Shown here one piece after another: positions 40,401-53,451 of a stretch of 64,000 bases of DNA. Position numbers and translations under genes: made by a program. This stretch comes from Tubiluchus corallicola (Eukaryota > Animalia > Priapulida): assembly GCA_030141605.1 (NCBI GenBank), contig JAQGDQ010000224.1, positions 186,001 to 250,000 of the forward strand. Direction: 5' to 3'. Within the stretch, counting starts at the first letter, position 1, and each line of letters begins with the position of its first letter. The notes beneath the pieces are model-generated. The model saw nothing but the letters and a program-made list of their open reading frames with translations. It had not been told where the DNA came from and searched no databases.

Positions 40401-43400
40401 GAATGTAACCTTCTTGTTAGAGTCGGCATTAGCTCCAAGAGATTTCAGAGCTGGTTTTGCAGGATTCACATGCGGTCGGCTGTAACCAAGTATTTGTAAC
40501 ATGGCTTCGGCTGCCGCACGTTTTGCTAGCTTTTTGTTAGGTCCAGTACCTGTGCACTCTAAGCCATCTACTTGTACCTAAAGCGATTATGACGAAAAAA
40601 CAATACTATTAATTGCTAATACATATTATAAAAAAGTAACTTGTATTAGTAGTGGTAGCAGTGGTGCGGAAGCAGCATACTAGCTATGATGGCAGCAACA
40701 CCAAATAGTGACACTAGAAGTGGAGGTGATATAGTAGTACTACTACTGCAGTGACTGTAACAATTTTTCATTTTCTTAAAGTATCCCCATGCACCAGCTA
40801 GAATACAAACGGCAGTGAAGTTGTGAAGGACAACATGACCTGGTGATTTGACAGAGATGTCTTATCTCCTTCAACCAATACATACCTTTACAGTACATAC
40901 GTTTTAAAGAATAGAAATAAGGCAAAAAAGGTGCAGTTAAGCAATTTTCCAAACCTGCAGATATGTGAAGCATATAAAGCAAGAGAACTGAACAAAGAAA
41001 CAAACAGATTAATAAACAGACAAATAAATAAACAAAGAACAAGTAAACTATCGAACAGACAGACGAAAATAAATAAAAACGAAAGAACAAAAAAAAGTAA
41101 AGAGAATAGTAAACGTAAATGCAAAACTGAATACATAACACACCTGTATGACAAATTCACGCCGTCGTGGTTGCCCATTCTCAGCAACTAGACTGTACAC
41201 TGGTTCCTTTGCTTTCTTTGCTTGTTGAATCTGAATTAACCGACTTATTGGATTTATCCCATCTCCATACTCAGGATTAGTCTTTTCAGCCTGTTCAACC
41301 TGTTTGTACAAAATTACATGCACAGAAAGCAATGAAAACTATCATCATTATTATTATTAGCAAAACAATAATATTGCGTATTCAGAAATCTCTTGCAAAA
41401 AACACTATCTCTTTACCATTACATGAACAAACAAGAAAAATGCAATTATATCTTACCACAGTTTTTAACTGCACACTTGCAAGAACAGTTGAAGTCAGTC
41501 AAGAACTGCTAATGAACGTTAATGTTACAGCTGCCTAAAGTACTGCACGAGTACTGAGTCAAGTGCCCCGCATTTGTCCCAATTCAATATTTTCCATACT
41601 TTTATGTCACAAAAAAATCTGCGCATTAAAAAATAGATTGCTAATTTCCCATTACTTGCAACACTTAGTTCCTAAACCTCACAGCAGGACTAAACTGTCA
41701 CTAGACTGAAGAAATGGAATTAAGAAATTCGGGGCCAAACTGTCTAAAATAATACTAGTGAATTACAAGATCCATAAGACATGCCCAGAAATTTGGAAAC
41801 ACTCTTTACACTAGTGAGACACAACACCAGAGAACAGCACAATGACCATATTTAAAGACAATAACTTAGAGGCTTGATAAATTTACGCACATTCACATTT
41901 TACATTCATACTTACAAATTTACATTGCATTTACATTCAAAAACTAAATGCAAATTAAGAAATACAGTCAGATGAGATTAAATCACATGACTAAAGCGTA
42001 GCAAACAAACTAAAAGAAAACAAGGTTATAAGTGGAGTTCTGCACAAGAGATACGAACCTTTACAAGATTCTTTGACTTTTTCTTCACTGTCAGTGGCTT
42101 GATTCGAGGTTTTACATTCTGTTGTGCAAATGTCGGCAGCTTCTTCAATTCTTCCAACATCTTCTCTGCCGCGCTTTTCTTCGACAACTGTTAAACAACC
42201 AATGTCAAATTTTTCAATGATGTTTTTATATCGTTTTACTAAAATTTATCATTATTTAAATCTTTACTCATTGTTATATGTTGTACTTTAAATGGTGTTG
42301 TACTTTAAATGGTTCACCTTAAGTTTACAGAGATGTTTTCTAGTGACATCACTCTCTCCTAACAGCAATTAAAAGCAGATTTCATTTTGTTAAGATTTTT
42401 AATTAAAATTCGAGTAATCAGTTAGTCATCTGGTTAACAGAAAAGATCGTGTACTACAAACATCATACACGAGTCGTCAGATCAAGAGAAATGTCATGCA
42501 AATTAAATGCCATAATCTAGAGCTGAAGAAATGAGCTTAAAATGAAAATTATAAGCTAGTCTAGATCAGCTACGTGAGCATTACCGGTTTTTCAATTATC
42601 AGCCATGACTGGTAACAACTATGATGATATACAGTAGCTAGTTTCAGATACTTTGCAGGTTATCAAAGCAAGAGCAACACACAAGCAGCATAACTCCATA
42701 AAGAAATTTTCCACACCAACTGACTGCTATGATTTTTTTAACACTGGTAATATAATTTACTTTGTAACAACAATCAAGCACAGATACTGTAGCACCTGAA
42801 AGTTTAAAAACAACTGCGATGTGAGCTCTGTGAAAGGCCCTACCTCCAATATGTGCGATATAATTTAAACAAACACAAAAAGAAAAATATACATGTTTTG
42901 TGTAATCATGGATATTTGTAACAGAAAAGTCATTATAAGAAAATTTTTTTTTGGATGATTTTTTATATCACATTTTGTAGTACAGTAAAAGTATAAATCT
43001 TAAAATTTATATACCAAAGTATCTCTGATAATTAGATGATAAGTTAAAATTTTAATTAATGGCGAGCGAGCCCAAATAATCATGATATCACAAGTTCACA
43101 AATGAACATAATTTTCAACGGAGCAAGCAATCCACGAGTGTGTTGCATGTGTCTGCGAAAGCGGAAATTGAAGTACAGTGCAACTGTACAATATTCAGTG
43201 TAATATACAAAGGCTCTGCAAATTTCGAGTTTACCGCAATGCTAACACATGAGCTCTTGAATACATGTACTATGTCACAATTGAACACCAATTGAACAGA
43301 GAAGTACAGCACCTGTTTTTCATGCAACGCCTATGCGAGACGCAGGCGCTAGTGCCCATCTGACTAGTAAATGGTAAAATATTCAGTGTAATATACAAAG

Positions 43401-46400
43401 GCTCTGCAAATTTCGAATTTACCGCAATGCTAACACATGAGCTCTTGAATACATGTACTATGTCACAATTGAACACCAATTGAACAGAGAAGTACAGCAC
43501 CTGTTTTTCATGCAACGCCTATGCGAGACGCAGGCGCTAGTGCCCATCTGACTAGTAAATGGTAAAATTCATGTAACAGCGAAGAACTAACCGCATGTAT
43601 GCGAAATTACATTTCTAAGGTAAAATTTTTTTCAAGTAAGTCATTTTTGAAACAAAGTTCGCTCCCGTTCCATAATTTATAGGTTACATTGTTTTGCGCC
43701 ATAGTTTAAGAGTGTTCCAGTTTTCCTTTAATTTCACTTGCTGAGCACTGACCCCGTTAGTGTAAAAGGTTGCAAATACCTAAATAAAAAAACTATCCCA
43801 TAAAACTGCTTACCTTCTTTCCATTACCTTTGCCCTCGGTAAGGAGTGGTCCCACCGTGCACCTTGTGAAAAAAACACGATTGTGCGGAGGGCCAACCTC
43901 ATCTATCACCTCAAAATTAACAACAAGATTCTGACGCAGCGCAATCTCATAGACCAAGCTGATTGGAGATTTAGTATCATCTGCAGTTGGATCAGAATGA
44001 TCTGCAAGATAGAATAGATATCTTTGATGAGCTGATACCAACACGTGTTTGTAAACACTCACATAAGTAAACAAGCAAAACGTCAGTAGGTAGATACTAA
44101 ACATAAACATATATGTGAAGGGCAATTTTGAAATTTTGTGACCTTGTACCTGTAAATCGATATGACAATTGTACTTTTGTGGCAACTTTTCAGTAATTTG
44201 ACCATATTTTTCAAATATTACAGTATTACAAGTGAAGGCCGCAAAGCCCGCCAATGCCAGATTTCCAGTACACTGAATTTACAGCCTTTAAACTTCTTCA
44301 TGGCTTAGTCACTATCTGCCATTTTTCTACTTGTGAACTATTTTTATAGACATGGACATTTATTAACTATTCTATTATACTATGTCACTACACTATAATT
44401 TGCAATTGTGTGCACTGTGTAAGGCGAGAAAAACGAAGAAAAAATACAAGGATTCTGTTTCTCTGTGCTAAAATACTGCCTTTTAATCATTCATTACTCT
44501 TCGATTGCAGGTTATATCGATTTATACAGAGTTGTAATCGTGATTAATTTGATTAATCTATAAATTGTCCATCACTAAACATAATAACTGCTGCCACTAC
44601 TTTTGCCCTCTAAATTCCACACAAAAAAACACACAGTCGATGTTGATGAAGCACTGCAACACGATGGCATGTCATAGTTAATATAATAAACAAACTTAAA
44701 AATAAAATGTACAAAAGCTACTTAGTTCCATACAAATACACTGTGAATTGAATATTATCTTTGCAATTACTGCTAATCAGCACAACATTATTTGGCATAA
44801 ATAGAATTGCTTAGAAATAAATCAAACTTTCATTCTTTATATGCCCACAGTCAACAGAGTTCTTTATGAAGTACTTTGATCACACTTTATATCATTACAC
44901 TGTGGAATTGTAGCTGAAAACTTACACTATTAACAAATTTGGAGCTGGATTTTGCAAATCTATTAAACTGTATTTTATGTCCAGAAAACAAAACTGAACT
45001 AAAATGTCAAAATGTTTATCTTTTTATAAATGTTTAAATTATTTTTCGTTGCCACCACAAAGTGTAAATATCATCTAAAAACCTGTGTTCTATTAATGCC
45101 AAACCTAGAGCAGCAATGACAAAAATACCATAAAGCCAGTAACCAAATTTTAGCTATTCATTTTATCCCTGGGGCAGTGGCCTGACTTGGAGTGATTCAC
45201 ATAAAAGTACAGCCACATCTGTGGACATCGCCACCATGATGATAGCAACAACACCAATAATGACATAATTCCTTAGTTTCTTACTTAAAAGCAAATATAC
45301 TTCATTTTTTTACAAACCACTAAAGTATAAAATTCCGCGCAAGTTCCTCTGTACATGTCAGACAGGCAACAGTACTGCAACTTACTGACACAAAAACAGT
45401 ACAGTAACAACCATACATACGAACAAGTTATGTTCCAGAAGGCTGTTCGTATGTTGAATATGTTCGTAAGTGGTTATTGCTAGAGCACAAGCAAGTGCCT
45501 GTTATTTTTCTATTCTTACTATCTTTAATAATATCATACATGCATTACAAAAACTAAAAAACACTGAGAATTGTAACGAACAACGTCGTTATATTACAGA
45601 TTTTCTTGTTTTGTCGAAAGCACTGCACGTGACCAGCAGTTTCAACGTCACCGCTATTGTTACCAGGATGTAGAGCAGACGCGAAACGTGATTGTCTACT
45701 TGCATCAATGAACATACGTAATACTAGGGAATGCTACTACGGGTGAGTCACGTGCTATAGATCTAGATGAGGATTGATCGTTTGAGAGTGGCAGTTGATG
45801 TAAGCGCCAGCGAAAAGTTTTCCCAAGAGTACATGTGATTCTGCAAGAGTACATTCTGTGCGAAGTCATAAAAATACATCACGACTGCCATTATAAACTG
45901 TACAGTTAAACTAAACCAGTGAGTTTGCTGTGATTATTTTGATGCGTGTTCATCTGTTCGTATGTACGAATGTTTGTAAGTCTGATGTTTGTAAGTAAGG
46001 TGGTGTCTGTAGGTAACTCAATGCCCTCATACATATTAACACATTTATCTAGAATAATCAGACTTGCTAATCTTCAATCGCCAAACTTGCTGATCTAGAA
46101 AAGCTTTCAGATTTATTCTTTGAGTAAAGATTTATCAAACAGCCCTTATGTCAATATATCAATATAACACACTTACTTGCATTAGTTGTATCAACCTGCA
46201 ATTGCTTTACATCACACTGCTTTTCGGCCTCCGGTGGCGGCAAAGTAGACAAAACTTTTAAAGCTTTAGCGGCAGCCGAGTTTCGAGCATTTTGTTTAGT
46301 GGTGCCCTCGCCTATAAATTCCCGGCTGCCAACTTTCAGGGAAATATAGAATACGCGCGGCATCTTAGGATAATGGTACCTATAATGTAATATGCAAACA

Positions 46401-49400
46401 ATAGACTGTTAGATTTTCTTGTGAAATGTCAACAATCAAAGCCATTTTTATCAACAAAGTAATGTCTTTCCGCAATTGCAGATTCCACGTTTCTTTTTAT
46501 TAGTACATTATTTTGTTTTGTTGAAACTTTGGATGTTTTTCTAAGAAATCAATGATGATATACATACATACATACACACCTGCATACATACATACTAAGA
46601 GATTAATACATACTCTACTACTAGACTTTTAGCAAAAGTCAACATTATCGTCAGTTCTTTTATATCTAATTTGGCTAAAATGACTTTTCATTCATAAATC
46701 AATTCAATTTGTGTACTCCTTAATCAGAGAGATCAACTATTTTGTTTAAAGGTATTTTTCTCAACAAACTAAACTGTCATGCAAAATGATAAAAGGCACA
46801 ATGATAGGACACTTTTACTAATATCCTAATCATTCTAAATGGCTATTATTCAATTTCAGAAAAAAAAACACAAAAACACAACCTACATAAAAAATGAACC
46901 ATACAGCTGAAAACTAAAATTATCATAAACCAACATGAAAAAAATAATTTCTTCATTCCAGAATACAACTCTGTTTCCACATCTGATTAGAAGAGTACAT
47001 ATTAATTTTATGTTAACACCTAACATTCATTTTTCCCAGTGTCAGTTTTTAAAACTATTCTAGAAATAGCAAAAAAAAGTTCAATGGTCTATCGCACAGT
47101 CAATCTTAAAAAGTCAGGTATCACAAAAAGTTTCAAGCGATATACCCGACATTTGCAGCAATGAATTCACCTAAAACATACGAAAACTGCATATTGGTCA
47201 CATTACTGATCCTTTTATACCACTACCTCAAATTAGCATGAAATATTGCCAAAGTACCTGAAACATTGACTAATGCAGAATACAATCTTACCGCTGGTTA
47301 AACATTCCTCTGAAGTCTAGGTTTGGCATGTATGGTACAAGTCTAGGTGGATCTATCTGAAGATATTCCACCTGCTCTCCACGACTCGCAGCCAGTGCAC
47401 TCAGTTCAGCTAGAAGAAAGTTAAAAGTGCTTTATGTCTCTCAGACATTAATGTTACCGTATTATAATGTTGAAAAAATTCCAGTACAAAATTAAGTAGC
47501 ATACACCAAAAATATTGCGATAATGCATTTTACAATGACAACTATAAAAAAATGTATTGCTATGACATAACACAAAGTACGAAACCAACAAGTTAATGGC
47601 TGGGAGCAGAACACATAACCCAGTAATGGTAGAGCTTTGGTAAATAAATTGTCGTAATAATACATTAAAGGTAAAAGAAGAAAATGCATATAACACATCA
47701 TGATAATGGGATAACCCCACGCGCACAGCCTTTGTTTCAATTAACATCCAACGCGTTTCTATGTATGCTTCAACTGTGCACTGTGTTATGCCAAATTATG
47801 TTTTTTTACTTTTCAGCTTTATTGCATAATCTGCGTTTAACAATAAATAGTCCTTCAAATCGCTTCCTAAAAATTCCCACACAACTCTGTACTATACGAT
47901 GGCAGTTTTGCGTAGCAGTACGCACAGAATTGCATGGCTGATAACAAGTACAGTGGTACCTCTGTTTTCGACCATAATTCTTTCCTAAAAAGTGTTTGAC
48001 AACCGATTTGATTGAGAACCGAATCATTTATTCCCATAAGATATAATGTGAAAGCAAACAATCCGTTCTCAAGCACCAAATGAACTGTAAAGTATTACTA
48101 AAATGAAATAAAGTAATGCAAAAATGTTTATTCAAATAGTAGCTATGATATAATTGTTAAGAAAAACATAATAGAATTACTTTGAAAGAAAAACATAACT
48201 GTTCCTGCATGAAAAAGCGGAGAAAAATAAGTGGAGAAAGCAGTTAGCGATGTTAGGCGATTCAAATCTTGTGCGTGACTACTTTCGGGTGCGGTTGGTT
48301 ATGCTCAGCTCTATTCGGCTCGCCGCAATGTTTCGTTGTTTCCTCGGTGTCCACTCTATCTGGTTAGATAGGCACAAATGACTATCACCGTGCGAGACAC
48401 AAGTAACATGATCAACTTTAATACTTTATAAACTGTTTATGACTATTGTTATTTTGGCTAAATATCCAGCACGACACCGCTTCTTTTTCTTGTTTCCATT
48501 GCTATTTCAACAAGCTCTAACAATTGCTTTGCTATTTGTGGATCTTCTGACTCAACCAGATTTTGGAAATTCATTTCTGTAGTTGGTAGCACATTTCTTA
48601 TCACCGTACATTTGAATAGATGCTCTGTCATATCTTCGCCGCGCATGTGTTCCTCACGTGTTTGGCGGTTGGGCGGGTACCGAACTTCTGGTCGAGAACG
48701 GAGACAACTTCAGCTCGAATTTTCTGGTCGAAAACCAATTTGTACGAGTAGGGAGACGTTCAACAACGGAGGTATGACTGTGTGTCTGACAACATCAATA
48801 AAAAGTAAGTATGACAGAGCTTTTAACAAGTAAAAACCAAGCATTTTTTCTTACAGCATACGTATTATTTATTTTAATTTTGCCTAGCTTTTCCGAATTT
48901 CTGTTTTTTTTAAATTGTCCATTTCTCTGTGCTTGTAATTATAGTGGTTCAAATCTACTGTGCACCCAAAAGAATGTCAGGCTTGGTAGTCCCCTACTAA
49001 TACATACTAGAGTGAAAACTTTTGTGATTTGATTTAGATGCTCCCCTGACACCCAAAATAACTCAATATCACGCTGCAAACACACAATTTCGCTTAAATA
49101 ATCGAAAGTTATCGGCAGGGATGAAAGCGATACAGATGCATTGCCAATTGGCAGCGCTAATACGAAATCTTCCGTAAGCACGACACCGAATGGTTTTTTA
49201 ACCTCCAACTCTGGCAAACTTTTTATTGTCTCCATCCAATCCAAACCGGATTGTTTGGATCACATCACTTGCTGATTGTCGACCGTTTACAAAAAACGTC
49301 TGACAGAACGTTAAGTTTGCATTATCTTTTTTCTTTTTTACTGTTTATCACCAAAGATTCCAAATTTATATAAAAAAAACTTACCGCAAGGTTCCTGAAA

Positions 49401-51555
49401 GTCCGTAATAAATTTGCAAGGCCGCACTGGTGGGTGAACTTACCGCAAGGTCCCTGAAAGTCCCTAATAAATTTGCGAGGTCGCACTGGTGGGTGTTTGA
49501 ACTTTGTATTCTCAAGTGCTATAGCAGCAGCAGAATGTTGTGCTTTCTTGATGCTGGGTCCCTTGGCAGTGTATTCTTCACTGTCTCCAAGCTTGAGTAG
49601 TATTGTGAATTCCTTCTGATGAGCCGGACCTGTCTCATCCATTAACTTATACTGATGGTAAATCTACGAAAAGAAATAACAATAACTTATAACAGAAAGT
49701 GAAATCAGCAATTCAGTATAAGAAATTTCAACACACGTAGTAATTTTATCTACAAGATCTAAAAAAATCTAGACTTCTTGTTTCATACATTCAAAGAGCT
49801 GGCTTGCCATGAAAAATATTATTTTTTATTCTACCTTGGTTTATAGCAACATAACTCATTAGTAGTAGTAGGCTGTAACAACACACCTAGGTCATAATGT
49901 GACGTATATCATGATACTAACCTCATGACACACCTGAGTTAACGTTAGCGGGTCTTACAAAAAAAAACTAGATAAAGCTGTTGATAATAAATGGTAAAGA
50001 TATTAAATTATTATCAAAGAACAGTTTAAGGATTGCCAAATACTAAAATAACTCAACAAACTGTTTATTTTTATTTATCACTTGTGTAATGTGTAGATTT
50101 TGTTTGCATGTAAGCCACCAGAAAGACAAAATATATCAATAATTAAGGTTTAAAAGTTGCTGAGCTAAGTCAACTACTGTTCACTGCACAGATTGTTACG
50201 TATCTACAGTACACTCTACAGCAGCAGCTTGAATAACTGCGCACCATTTTATCAGCATATGGTCAACCTTGTGCTAATTTGCTAAATATCACTCACAAAA
50301 AAATATCACAATACGAGTTGCAGTTTGGCGATACACATATACACTAGGCACCGTTTATTATACTCATGCTTAATAGAATCTTTTGCTTGATTGATACAAA
50401 ACACCTGGAACGTACTGCTCCTATTCAAATGTATATAAAAACTGCGGATAATTGACTCAAATAACTCTGGATAGTTGACTCAATATTTTTCGTTCACGTA
50501 GTTAAAATAAGACATTAGTGAGTGACCAAATACTTTTACTACTTTTATATGTCACTTTTACTTCGCTTTTGTGCACTATAATAAACATAGAAACAGTTAT
50601 GTTAAGTACAGCTTTCTTTGCTGAGGTATGTTTATCACATGCGCTATTATGCTAGTCTAATGATTTTGCTTTGAATCTGTCACCTGCTTGTCCACTGCAG
50701 TTAACCTTGCTGTCTCCGGAAGCTAAACATTTAAACACTTACCCAGCAGTTTGCGTTTGGAGCTCCCACTGCTTTTCACGCGAGAAACAAGATCATCACC
50801 AACTGCAGCTCAGGCACTAGGTGACTACGTGTTTTGCTTGACTACGTGTAGCATACAGCAACTGATTTTCGAAATTTTTATCATTATCAAAATTTCATAA
50901 ACCAACTTCTTCGTTCAGAAATGAAACAGCCAACCTTATATGAATTTTTGTAACTTTTAGTGTTCATAATAAGATTTGAGCATTTTTTGTTTTCTGTTTT
51001 ATTAATTCGTTTTTAAACTTCATTTAAAGCCTTTGCAATGCATACTAACTACTAAGGTGGTGAGTGATGGTTCATAGTCATAGTAGTAGTAGTAATACGT
51101 TACACCCATTGGCTAATTAATTCAGTCGGTTACTTGGGTCAAAATACTTAAGTTCCAAAGTGAGTCTAATAAACAGCACCTACTGTAGTAACACAAGATA
51201 TCACCATGCACTGATATATCGATACGGGCCTAATTAGTAGTTCAATTGCAAGTGGGTTTATCACCTTGTTGAAACGAGCTAACTCATTGATAAGACACAT
51301 CGGGGTTTTCTCTTTTGTGTTTGTCACTTCACTAGTTGCAAACTCCTTGTTAGATGTCGATTCGGCACCGGAGGGAAATGTTGCAACTGCAGGTGCTGCA
51401 GCTTGGTGAACTCCTTCCACGGGTACGCTTGACATGACTAAAGGAGACGTTATGGGCTCCAGCTGCGGCACCATGGTTGTTCCTTGGTGAGTATTGTCAG
51501 ATAGTTCAGTTGTCATTGTTAATGATGAAGCCAGAGACACGTTTGAGGGCATCAT
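37448..51555 (-). CDS. STAU: Double-stranded RNA-binding protein Staufen homolog, 13 coding exons
   Basis: Exons 51555-51265, 49663-49444, 47409-47292, 46379-46177, 44001-43814, 42187-42059, 41299-41144, 40577-40388, 39635-39546, 39437-39339, 38960-38827, 38694-38513, 37541-37448. dsRBD motifs [70 protein letters not shown], plus KKVTF (PP1 RVxF) and TIARELL. The start codon is uncertain because an acceptor at 51560-51561 precedes it. Confidence 0.94.
43191..43568. repeat. 188-bp near-perfect tandem duplication, each copy with a Helitron-like 3' end
   Basis: Copies start at 43191 and 43379. Each has the hairpin CGCCTATGCG-AGA-CGCAGGCG followed by CTAG-T (43364-43367, 43552-43555). Confidence 0.8.
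45402..46009. mobile_element. Tc1/mariner-type MITE (degenerate)
   Basis: Imperfect TIR CAGTAACAACCATACATACGAACA / TGTTTGTAAGTAAGGTGGTGTCTG, TA on both sides. Confidence 0.65.
47951..48780. mobile_element. Tc1/mariner-type MITE with a nested insertion
   Basis: Imperfect TIR CAGTGGTACCTCTGTTTTCGAC / GTTCAACAACGGAGGTATGACTG, TA on the left. Confidence 0.65.
48299..48664 (-). mobile_element. 5'-truncated non-LTR retrotransposon fragment
   Basis: [14 protein letters not shown]... resembles the E-x-x-EH-x-F-x-C motif at LINE ORF2 C-termini. It is flanked by the direct repeat GCGGTTGG (48291-48298, 48665-48672). Confidence 0.55.
49379..49496. repeat. 59-bp tandem duplication spanning a Staufen exon end and 5' splice site
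   Basis: ACTTACCGCAAGGT.CCTGAAAGTCC.TAATAAATTTGC.AGG.CGCACTGGTGGGTG occurs twice. Confidence 0.9.
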
Positions 51556-53290
51556 GGTCCTTAATAAAAATAACATTTTTTGAAATAACTAGACAGCTTA
51601 TATTTTTAAATTTTTATTTCAAGATGGTGTCATAACATTAAGGTTAAAATACGATTTATTAGAATTTTAATTATATTTATGCTGAACTTAATATTATGTC
51701 ATTCTACATGTTAAGGGAAGCAGGTTGTTGTACAACAACTCTTGTGCATTTAATGTCCACAAATACAACCTGTCACAGCACCAATCCATTATACTAAAAT
51801 ATTAGTTACAAACTTGCAAGTTATACAGAAATGGCAAGGTACAAATCATTCAACTCAGATTTCTGCTGATAAATTCATTGACTAATTTAACCTGAATAGT
51901 TGTAGCTTAGATTTAATATTCTGTAAGGCTAGCACAGGCTATGTTGGATGTGAATGCATTTACTATTTAACTGAAATGCAAAATGTTGTGCAGCTAGAAA
52001 ATGCAATAAACTGTTCGATGGCTGAACCAAGCCGAACTGGACAAGTGGGACCATCCAATTTGATCTGGTTTAGCAGGAAGTACATGTCACGTAATGTCCG
52101 GATGAATTTCATTCAGCCAGAAAGCCTCAACTCACGATGAAGCTAGTCTCTGCTGCTGTTTCCACAGACTCATTTGAGCTTAAACATAATTAAGTTTATA
52201 ATTGAAATTCTTCTGATAAGCTGCCTCCTGCTGGAAGCGGTCTTGAAATGATTAAGCATTGTGCAATTCTGTTTTTACTTGTCATTTTGAATAATGTGCC
52301 CTGTAGATAAATAGATATTGTCATTGTGTATTATACACAATATGTATATTTGCGTATTGGTGTGTATTGTTAGATAGAGGACTTGCCATTGTACTCTCTA
52401 ACTGTAGTATTTGGGCAATAAACATAAAATGAATTGTTGCTGGGTGTAAAAAATAGTTAATGGATAGGGACAAATGACTTGTCCTACCTATATGATATGA
52501 AGACAATATAAACTTTAATAAAGTACCGAAGTTAAACGAAATGTACATAAATAGACATAAAAAACGTAATTTTAAAAATCATTACGCATTACATTTCCTT
52601 TTACCAAGCAAGTGCAGAAAAAAAACTTAAGTACTGTTGCTAAGAAAAAAAAGTGTCAAATCGGGCTTATTTAACTTGATCACATTAAAACTACGACAGG
52701 CTTTGAACTAAAATATTTTATGTTGTCTTTACAACGTAGCTTGCTTACTAATATTAATGGAAAAAGTACTATCCTGTGGCAAACAGTAAAGAAATTTTCA
52801 GACTAACAAACCACCATGTTGTTGGTCTGACCCCGATTGCCTTGCGGGGGATGTACAGACTAAGAGTAACTGGAGTAGCTGACACTGCGCAAGCCTCCGT
52901 TTAAATTCATTTTGGAAATATTCAGTTTAATTCAATTTATCTGCTCAAATGTAGAGACTACTGAGCATAGACAGAAAATGCCAAAATAATTTTATGGTAC
53001 TGAAAAGCTATTAATCTTGAAGTTTGTGGCAAGACCAAAACTTATCTAGCTATAAAGCAATGTTCTACCGACACAGATGTCTTATCCATGTGTAGTATAA
53101 ACATCAGCTAGATAAACAAAGCAGGCGAGCATTTAAGACAAAATACTTTAATTTAGATGAAAATTAAAGTCAGTGGCTTGTCAGCACCACTACCGATGGA
53201 GAAATAAATGTACTTGGGGCATTGCGGCGAGTAGGGAGTCCTGGCATAGGGAGGTGAGCAGAATCATGTCACTGGACGTGTGATTCATTG

Positions 53291-53451
<161 letters not shown>

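Noticed and set aside
40776-41191. Hydrophobic and Lys/Asn-rich ORFs
   Set aside because: Low-complexity A-rich intron sequence of Staufen.
52811-52900. tRNA/SINE-like GC-richer segment
   Set aside because: No cloverleaf or clear A/B boxes could be established by eye.
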